Below the pieces are notes generated by a model. That model ran no database searches. It had not been told where the DNA came from and saw only the letters and a program-made list of their open reading frames with translations. Shown in pieces: positions 57,842-64,000 of a DNA stretch of 64,000 nt. This DNA comes from an uncultured Pseudomonadota bacterium. Its GTDB lineage: Bacteria > UBA10199 > GCA-002796325 > 1-14-0-20-49-13. The position numbers and the translations under genes are program-made. The DNA is taken from NCBI GenBank assembly GCA_964647545.1, contig CAZYHS010000006.1, positions 4,889-68,888 on the forward strand, written 5' to 3'. Each line of letters begins with the position of its first letter. Within the stretch, counting starts at the first letter, position 1.

Positions 57842-59326
57842 TTAGAGAATGGCAAGGGAGAGATTGATATTAAATATGAAGGCGTCGCGATTTTGTCCCC
57901 TAACGTTCGCAAAATTGTGCGATCTTTCATAGCCAAAACCGAAGTCTGTCTTTAGACGACCGCCCATTGGAAAATCGACGCCTATGCAAGGCCGATATCT
58001 CTCTTCGGTGGCGTTTTTACCCCGACGTTCGTAGGCAAAGCCAAGTCGGGCGCGCGATTTTAGCCCGAGATCGTAATAATAGGTAAGGTAAATTCCGTCG
58101 CCGTCGGGGCCAAGCGGCGAACCCATAAGTTCATTATTTAAAGTAAGTCCCGCAGTCCACGTCCCTGCTTTTGCGTGAAGCGGCGGAGTGTGAAAATATT
58201 CCGCTCGCAGAGCCATGTTGTTTATGCGTCCCAAAACTGGGAGGTAGATGCCGGCGTTAAGTGAAGTTCTGTCGGCAAAATCTTCTTCTTCGGCCATGAC
58301 TTCAAAATAGAGCTCTGCGGCACTTACTGGCGGAAGAGTAACTTTTGCGTCGAAATTTAACATGCGGCTGGAAACTCCGCCGCCGCCACCTGCGATCAAA
58401 CTGTAAGCAACTCCGGCTTCAAAATATTTTGTCGGCGCAATCGAAAGTTTACCGCCGGTGAACTTTGCGTTTTTGTAGCCGTAGTCGGGGCCGAGACTTG
58501 CAACGAAAGCCGAAAACTTTGCGGGGCCGGCTGCGTTTAAAAACGACGGCAGCTCGAACGGGTAGGGCGTAGAAAATTTTACAATGTCAAACGGCCGTGT
58601 GTTCGTCGAAAATAGCAGGCCGCCAAATTCGCTTTGGCCGAATGTCAATTCGTCGCGGCCGGCTTCAAGTTCGAAATTGCCGACGCCGATCTTCGCGTAG
58701 AGCTTTTGAACGAAGATCTTGTCTTCATCGACCGGCGTGTCGGAGGCCTGAAACTGAAAACGCGGCTGAGCGAACGCGGCAAATACCGGCGTTGATATCC
58801 AATGTGTCGTTTCGAATGAAAAATTCTTGCCGGTTTGCGTGTGACGACCGCCGTTGTAAGCGGCAAGAGGGTGCAAAATTGCACCGGTCGGCCTGCTTCC
58901 ATAAAAAGGGATGTTTCTCACCGGCCTGCCAAGCGACGTGAAATCGAATGTCAGTTTTTCGATCGGAGCTGCGTTCCAGAATTTTGCTTCGCTATCTTTT
59001 TGCAGCTGTTTGATGTCGGCGTCGAGCTGTCGTTTGTAATATTTAATGATGCGGTTTGCGGCGATCTTGTCGAATGGTCTGTTCAAACGCGAAAAATTAT
59101 TTTCGGCTTCCAGAACAAGTCGAGCCGCTTCGCTTTTTGTGACCGGACGCTGGCCTTTAATGTAGGTGTCGATAATTCCAAGTGCGGCAAGCCTGTCGAG
59201 GGCGCGATAGGTGGCGTCACCGGTCGGCAGGTTGATCGACGTTATGGCGAAGGCCTCGGCCGGCCATAAAAATAGAGCGGCGATCGCGCTAAATAAAAAA
59301 ACGATCTGTTTTAAATTTCTCTTCAT
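57842..59326 (-). CDS. outer-membrane protein, putatively Wzi-like capsule assembly family
   Basis: Signal peptide MKRNLKQIVFLFSAIAALFLWPAEAFA. N-terminal YRALDRLAALGIIDTYIKGQRPVTKSEAARLV resembles the Wzi N-terminal helical motif as I recall it. Remainder is beta-rich with alternating hydrophobics. The family call is tentative. Confidence 0.45.
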   Translation of the reverse strand: MKRNLKQIVFLFSAIAALFLWPAEAFAITSINLPTGDATYRALDRLAALGIIDTYIKGQRPVTKSEAARLVLEAENNFSRLNRPFDKIAANRIIKYYKRQLDADIKQLQKDSEAKFWNAAPIEKLTFDFTSLGRPVRNIPFYGSRPTGAILHPLAAYNGGRHTQTGKNFSFETTHWISTPVFAAFAQPRFQFQASDTPVDEDKIFVQKLYAKIGVGNFELEAGRDELTFGQSEFGGLLFSTNTRPFDIVKFSTPYPFELPSFLNAAGPAKFSAFVASLGPDYGYKNAKFTGGKLSIAPTKYFEAGVAYSLIAGGGGGVSSRMLNFDAKVTLPPVSAAELYFEVMAEEEDFADRTSLNAGIYLPVLGRINNMALRAEYFHTPPLHAKAGTWTAGLTLNNELMGSPLGPDGDGIYLTYYYDLGLKSRARLGFAYERRGKNATEERYRPCIGVDFPMGGRLKTDFGFGYERSHNFANVRGQNRDAFIFNINLSLAIL

Positions 59327-60840
59327 TTAATTTTGTAAAGATAGAAATCGAACGCGCCGTTTTTGCAAATGACCGTTTCCAACTCGCCCGATTTTTCTGC
59401 TTTCTCGAGCATGGCCTTTAGTTGGTGGTCGTAGTCGAACCGTATTTCGTTTTTTCCGTCGAAATTTTCCACGTCGAATCTTGCCGTCAAAAATTGTTTT
59501 TGCCGAGCGACCAGCTCGCCCCAGATCTTTTCGCTCCCCAAATAGTCGAACATTCTGTGAACGACCAAGTCTTTCTTATGCAGGAGGAGCGTTGCCGACG
59601 GATCGGGAATGGCGTTCGTCACGAGCCCTTTTTTAATGTCTATTTTTTCGGCGATGCACGAAACCGCGTTTGAAAAGTCGGCCTTGCCGAAATAGTCGGA
59701 CGGATACGAGACGCATATTTTGCAAAATATTTCGAGGTTCACAGCGGCCAATAAGATGAGGCTCACCGCGGAAATTTTAACGAAGCCCGCTTTTCTGACA
59801 TCGAGCCACGCGGAAATCACCGCAAGAGCGATTGTTAGGTCGATATAAAATCTGAACCAAGACTCCGAGTGTTTCACGCAAAAAAGGACGGTGACGATCA
59901 CGATCGCGATAGTTTTCACGGTTCGTTTCGAGATGTTTTTTGTGAGCGCGGCAAAAACTCCAAGAAACAAAAGCGCGGCGAGTGAAACGCACCTTGCGAT
60001 TATCATCAGCACAAAATAAACGTCGCCGTTTTTGATCCCCGACGTGCACGGTTTGACTAGAAAAATGAAAAACATTTCCCACAAGGGCCGTGCCTGAAGG
60101 TGCGAGTACATCCTTGTCGTTTGTTCTAAGAATTGAGTTTGAAATTCGGCGAAGTGGGTTACGACGTAAAATAGCCACGGCGTCATTAAAAGAAGCGTGC
60201 AAATGCAAAGGAGCAAAACACTTTTCATCCGGCGCGCAAAATCGTTCTTTCCAAGCATTAAGATCGCCACGGCCGGCACAAGAAATATGGCGTTGTAGTG
60301 CATGTAGGCGGCTGCCGCCAGAAGTACGGACCAAAAAAATATCGAACGTGTTTTGACTTTTTCCGCTTCATTTTCATCGAACTGCCAGAGCCGAAGAATG
60401 AGAATTGCTCCCAGCACGCCAATTGCCCATTCTGGTCTTAGCACGTGCGTTGCGTAAATAAAGACGGGCATTGTTACGATCGTGCAAATCACAAGCAGAG
60501 CAGATTTCTTTGTGACCGCTTGATTCTTTAAAAAACGCCAGAGTTCGGCCAGAAGGGGGAGCCACAAAAGCTGCTGGCCAAGATAGATAAATGATGTCTC
60601 TTTTATCGCGAACAGTTTTGTCCATGCATAGACAAAAACGCCGTAGAGCGGCATGATGTTGAAGTTCGCCGCATCGTAGCTCGGATTTGCCCACGCAAAG
60701 TAGGGGGCGCGAAAAATCCCGTTTTCGAGGAGGTCTCTCCCTGCGGTCAGGAAAGCTACGTCGTCGGGCCACGGCATCGGCATAAGCGGCCACGCGAGGT
60801 TGATTAAAACGGCTGCCAGAAAAAATAAAATTATGGGCAT
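59323..60840 (-). CDS. polytopic membrane protein, putative GT-C-type glycosyltransferase (ArnT/PMT-like)
   Basis: More than 10 predicted TM helices and an N-terminal loop with DD/acidic residues (PWPDDVAF). C-terminal ~120-aa soluble domain. 4-bp overlap with the downstream Wzi-like gene. The functional call is weak. Confidence 0.45.
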   Translation of the reverse strand: MPIILFFLAAVLINLAWPLMPMPWPDDVAFLTAGRDLLENGIFRAPYFAWANPSYDAANFNIMPLYGVFVYAWTKLFAIKETSFIYLGQQLLWLPLLAELWRFLKNQAVTKKSALLVICTIVTMPVFIYATHVLRPEWAIGVLGAILILRLWQFDENEAEKVKTRSIFFWSVLLAAAAYMHYNAIFLVPAVAILMLGKNDFARRMKSVLLLCICTLLLMTPWLFYVVTHFAEFQTQFLEQTTRMYSHLQARPLWEMFFIFLVKPCTSGIKNGDVYFVLMIIARCVSLAALLFLGVFAALTKNISKRTVKTIAIVIVTVLFCVKHSESWFRFYIDLTIALAVISAWLDVRKAGFVKISAVSLILLAAVNLEIFCKICVSYPSDYFGKADFSNAVSCIAEKIDIKKGLVTNAIPDPSATLLLHKKDLVVHRMFDYLGSEKIWGELVARQKQFLTARFDVENFDGKNEIRFDYDHQLKAMLEKAEKSGELETVICKNGAFDFYLYKIK

Positions 60841-60905
60841 ATTTGGTGCGGCGGAAGCTATTCAAATTGTTGCATTAATTCAATAACTATATTATCAGCC
60901 TCGCC

Positions 60906-63437
60906 ATGCAAAAAGACTACAAACCTCTGGAACTCGAGCCCAAGTGGCAAAAAGAGTGGGAAACTTCAAAAATTTTCAACGTGACCGAAGACGCAAGCCG
61001 CCCGAAATATTACGTCCTCGAAATGTTGCCCTATCCGTCGGGCCGGCTTCACATGGGGCACGTTAGAAATTACACGATCGGCGACCTTATTTCGCGTTAC
61101 AAAGTGATGAAGGGCTTTAATGTTTTGCATCCGATCGGATGGGACGCATTTGGTATGCCGGCCGAAAATGCGGCGATAAAAAACAAACTTCATCCTGCAA
61201 AATGGACGTTCGACAACATCGATTACATGCGCGTGCAGTTCAAGCGTCTCGGCATTTCCTACGACTGGACGCGCGAAGTTGCGACCTGCACCCCCGAGTA
61301 CTACCGTTGGGAGCAGCTCGTTTTTCTGCGTATGTTCGAAAAGGGGGTCGTCACCCGCAAAGAGTCGCCAGTCAACTGGTGCAACACTTGCCAGACGGTG
61401 CTTGCCAACGAGCAGAGCGAAGGTGGAAAATGCTGGAGATGCGATTCTCCCGTCGAGCTTAAGCCGATGACGCAGTGGTTTGTGAGGCTCCCGCTTTACG
61501 CCGAAGAACTTTTGAAAGATATCGACACGCTCGAAGGCTGGCCCGAACGCGTGAAAGTCATGCAGCGCGCTTGGATCGGCAAAAGCATCGGCGCGTCGGT
61601 TAAGTTTAAACTTTGTGATGACGTCATCCCCGCGGTAGATCCAATCGAGATCTTCACAACTCGCCCCGACACAATTTTCGGTGCGACATTTATGAGCCTT
61701 GCCGCCGAGCATCCGCTGGTGGAAAAACTGACGCGTGGGACAGAACACGAGGCGAAGGTCAAAGAGTTTGTCCAGCGCACGAAAAAGATCGGTCGCCTCG
61801 ACCGCATTTCGGGCAACTTCGAGAAGGATGGCGTCTTCACCGGCGCTTATTGTACAAATCCGGTCACCGGCTGGAAGATGCCGATCTACGCCGCAAACTT
61901 TGTGTTGATGGATTACGGCACGGGAGCCGTCATGGCCGTTCCGGCGCACGATCAGCGCGATTTCGATTTTGCGAAAAAGTATGACCTGCCGATCAAACAG
62001 GTTGTCATCCCCGCGGTAGTAAGCGGGGAGCCCGCGAGTTTCCCCCTCCAAAATGCCGGCGGGCAGGCGCTTAAAACCGCGGGAATGACAGACGCTTCTC
62101 CTTGCGATGACATCAAGTGCGCCTTTGAAGATGCCGGCACGCTTGTCAACTCGGGCGAATTTAGCGGGATGTCGAGCGAAGAGGCTAAAACCGCCATTGT
62201 CAATCAACTTAAAAAACAAGGAGTTGGAGACTTTACTGTCAACTTTAAGTTGAAGGATTGGTGTATCTCGCGTCAGCGCTATTGGGGGACTCCGATCCCC
62301 GTCATTTATTGCGACAAGTGCGGCATTGTGCCGGTACCTGAAAACGAGCTTCCGGTGAAACTTCCCGACGAAGCGGCGTTGACAGGCGAAGGTGGCTCGC
62401 CACTTGCGAAAGTTGCCGACTTTGTAAATTGCAAATGTCCCAAGTGTGGTGGCGCGGCTCGTCGCGAAACCGACACAATGGACACCTTCGTCGAGTCGAG
62501 CTGGTATTTCCTGCGCTATTGCTCGCCGAATTACGAAGGGGGACCGGTCGATCCGGCCGCCGGAAAATATTGGATGCCGGTCGATCAGTACATCGGCGGC
62601 ATTGAGCACGCGGTCGGACATCTTTTGTACTGCCGCTTCTACATGAAAATTTTGCGAGACCTCGGGCTGCTGAAATTTTCCGAATCGAACGAGCCGGTGA
62701 AAAATCTTCTCACACAGGGTATGGTCACTCTCGGCGGCGCCGCAATGAGCAAGTCGCGCGGCAACATCGTCGATCCCGACAAGATCATTTCTGAATACGG
62801 CGCCGACACGGCCCGCGTTTTCATTCTTTTCGCCGCGCCCCCCGAAAAAGATCTGGAGTGGAGCGACAAGGGAATTGACGGCTCGTGGCGTTTTTTAAAC
62901 CGCGTCTGGAGAATTTGCCACGCTGCGTTTGAAGCCGACCCGTCAGGGGGAGCCGCTTGCAACGCCGAACTCGAAAAGTGGATGCATAAAACCATCAAGC
63001 GCGTTACCGACGACATCGAGCGTTATCATTATAATACGGCTATCTCAGCGATCATGGAATTTGTGAACTACCTCTACAGCGTCGATTCAAAAACTCTGAC
63101 AAAGTCGAGTGCCGAGCTTCTGATCAAGCTTATGTCGCCGATCGCGCCGCACATGTGCGAAGAGCTCTGGCGCGACGCTGGTCACAGCGATTCGATCGCG
63201 AAGGTTGAATGGCCGGCGTTCGACGCCTCAAAGGTCGCCGAGGAAAAGATCACGATTCCGGTGCAGGTCAACGGAAAGTTGCGTGACAAGATCGAAGTCG
63301 ACGCGACTTTGGGCGACGACGAAGTCAAAGCTGCCGCGACCAAGGCCGAAAAGATCGCGCCGCTTGTCGCCGGCAAAACGATCAAGCAGATAATTTACGT
63401 TAAGGGGCGCATGGTCAATATCGTATGCCCAAATTAG
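60906..63437 (+). CDS. leuS: leucine--tRNA ligase
   Basis: HMGH motif (PYPSGRLHMGHVRNY), KMSKS (AMSKSRGN), editing-domain motifs (TTRPDTIFGATF), Zn-binding CxxC motifs. 843 aa. Confidence 0.95.
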   Translation: MQKDYKPLELEPKWQKEWETSKIFNVTEDASRPKYYVLEMLPYPSGRLHMGHVRNYTIGDLISRYKVMKGFNVLHPIGWDAFGMPAENAAIKNKLHPAKWTFDNIDYMRVQFKRLGISYDWTREVATCTPEYYRWEQLVFLRMFEKGVVTRKESPVNWCNTCQTVLANEQSEGGKCWRCDSPVELKPMTQWFVRLPLYAEELLKDIDTLEGWPERVKVMQRAWIGKSIGASVKFKLCDDVIPAVDPIEIFTTRPDTIFGATFMSLAAEHPLVEKLTRGTEHEAKVKEFVQRTKKIGRLDRISGNFEKDGVFTGAYCTNPVTGWKMPIYAANFVLMDYGTGAVMAVPAHDQRDFDFAKKYDLPIKQVVIPAVVSGEPASFPLQNAGGQALKTAGMTDASPCDDIKCAFEDAGTLVNSGEFSGMSSEEAKTAIVNQLKKQGVGDFTVNFKLKDWCISRQRYWGTPIPVIYCDKCGIVPVPENELPVKLPDEAALTGEGGSPLAKVADFVNCKCPKCGGAARRETDTMDTFVESSWYFLRYCSPNYEGGPVDPAAGKYWMPVDQYIGGIEHAVGHLLYCRFYMKILRDLGLLKFSESNEPVKNLLTQGMVTLGGAAMSKSRGNIVDPDKIISEYGADTARVFILFAAPPEKDLEWSDKGIDGSWRFLNRVWRICHAAFEADPSGGAACNAELEKWMHKTIKRVTDDIERYHYNTAISAIMEFVNYLYSVDSKTLTKSSAELLIKLMSPIAPHMCEELWRDAGHSDSIAKVEWPAFDASKVAEEKITIPVQVNGKLRDKIEVDATLGDDEVKAAATKAEKIAPLVAGKTIKQIIYVKGRMVNIVCPN
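62004..62090 (+). repeat. two family B hairpin units embedded in-frame in the leuS coding sequence
   Basis: GTCATCCCCGCGGTAGTAAGCGGGGAG (62004-62030) and GCGCTTAAAACCGCGGGAATGAC (62068-62090) encode VIPAVVSGEPASFPLQNAGGQALKTAGMT. A further half-unit GTCATCCCCGCGGTAG sits at 61623-61638. The same units occur intergenically at 54313 and 55286. Confidence 0.5.
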
Positions 63438-64000
63438 ATCTAAATACGCTCGATAAAGAACTTCGCGAAAAGACTTTAAGACCGGTCTATCTGATTTACG
63501 GGCCCGAGCCTTACATTGCCGCGACGGCGCTTGCGCGCATTCGGGAATATTTTGCAAAAGTTTGCGGCGGCGATTTTGAGCCCGACCGCTATTCGGCAAA
63601 GAACAGCTCGCTGGCCGAGATTATTGCTTCGGCCGACACCGTTTCGATGTGGGCAAAGTTGCGACTTGTGATTGTCAGTGAAGCCGATGCGGTCAAAGAG
63701 ACGAAAGAGCTCGAGCGCTATTTGAAAAAACCCAACCGCGACGCATGTATCGTTTTCGTCGCCGAAAAGGCCGACGGCCGCACGAAGTTTGTGTCGCTGG
63801 TCAGCGGGGCGGGGGGCGCGATCGAATGCAAAGCTCCTTACGAAAATAAACTCCCCGAATGGATTCGCATGGAGGCGACGCAGCGTTTTAAAAAAATGGT
63901 TTCGCTGGACGCGGCTAGACTCATGGTTGAGCTGGTTGGTACAAGTTTGGGCGAGCTCTCAGGTGCTATCGAAAAGATCGTTTTGTACATCGGCGCCAAA
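63425..64000 (+). CDS. holA: DNA polymerase III delta subunit HolA (3'-partial)
   Basis: MPKLDLNTLDKELREKTLRPVYLIYGPEPY matches the HolA N-terminus. Start overlaps the leuS end by 13 bp. Runs off the window. Confidence 0.75.
   Translation, partial: MPKLDLNTLDKELREKTLRPVYLIYGPEPYIAATALARIREYFAKVCGGDFEPDRYSAKNSSLAEIIASADTVSMWAKLRLVIVSEADAVKETKELERYLKKPNRDACIVFVAEKADGRTKFVSLVSGAGGAIECKAPYENKLPEWIRMEATQRFKKMVSLDAARLMVELVGTSLGELSGAIEKIVLYIGAK

Noticed and set aside
60966-62621. 551-aa ORF on the minus strand
   Set aside because: It is entirely antisense to the conserved leuS coding sequence. It has no recognisable motifs, and a GC-rich codon frame opposite a real gene commonly stays open.

Overview
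This 64 kb window looks like a bacterial chromosomal segment of about 50% GC. The gene content is consistent with an anaerobic deltaproteobacterial-grade lineage (Myxococcota or Desulfobacterota-like), but that assignment is inferred from gene content only. The gene content includes secreted thrombospondin-type-3 (TSP3) proteins, a PknK-like Ser/Thr kinase, a MYXO-CTERM-like sorting tail and an hdrABC-mvhDGA operon.

Recognisable housekeeping genes:
- udk, ruvC, yebC, guaB, guaA, dnaE, hflX, a pgsA-like gene, lipB, dsbD, folE, a cold-shock gene, ftsB, ruvB, ruvA.
- A tRNA-Leu region followed by tig-clpP-clpX-lon, then tRNA-Val and tRNA-Asp, uppP, leuS and a partial holA.

Energy metabolism:
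- A six-gene operon on the minus strand encodes HdrC, HdrB, HdrA, MvhD, MvhG and MvhA, a putative electron-bifurcating heterodisulfide-reductase/[NiFe]-hydrogenase module.
- A hydrogenase maturation protease, an HExxH protein and two tandem paralogous hypothetical proteins lie next to it.

Accessory and unusual content:
- Two very large Ala/Gly-rich hypothetical proteins at the window start; the second ends in a sigma-70 region-4-like HTH.
- A secreted protein with a MYXO-CTERM-like tail, an S8 peptidase lipoprotein, a Ser/Thr kinase fused to AAA and TPR domains, two giant TSP3/beta-propeller secreted proteins, a DAC-domain protein, and Wzi-like and GT-C-like membrane proteins.

Findings worth a second look:
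1. Two dispersed small-repeat families. A MITE-like family built from GTTAGTTCGGTT/CGGTTAGGTC words; one copy appears to carry a four-helix-bundle protein gene between ruvC and yebC. A hairpin family GTCAT(C/T)CCCG-loop-CGGG(G/A)ATGAC, with a related GTCATTGCGAGCG...CGAAGCAATC variant, sits at every intercistronic junction of the hdr-mvh operon and appears inserted in-frame in leuS (and possibly in the hydrogenase maturation protease).
2. A tRNA-Leu(TAG) gene that appears split in its D-loop by an insertion of about 180 bp that itself carries an intact second tRNA-Leu(TAG).
3. A gene cassette flanked by an exact 11-bp direct repeat, followed by an array of TTAAAC words phased at roughly 10 bp.

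No CRISPR array, rRNA gene or recognisable transposase was seen.
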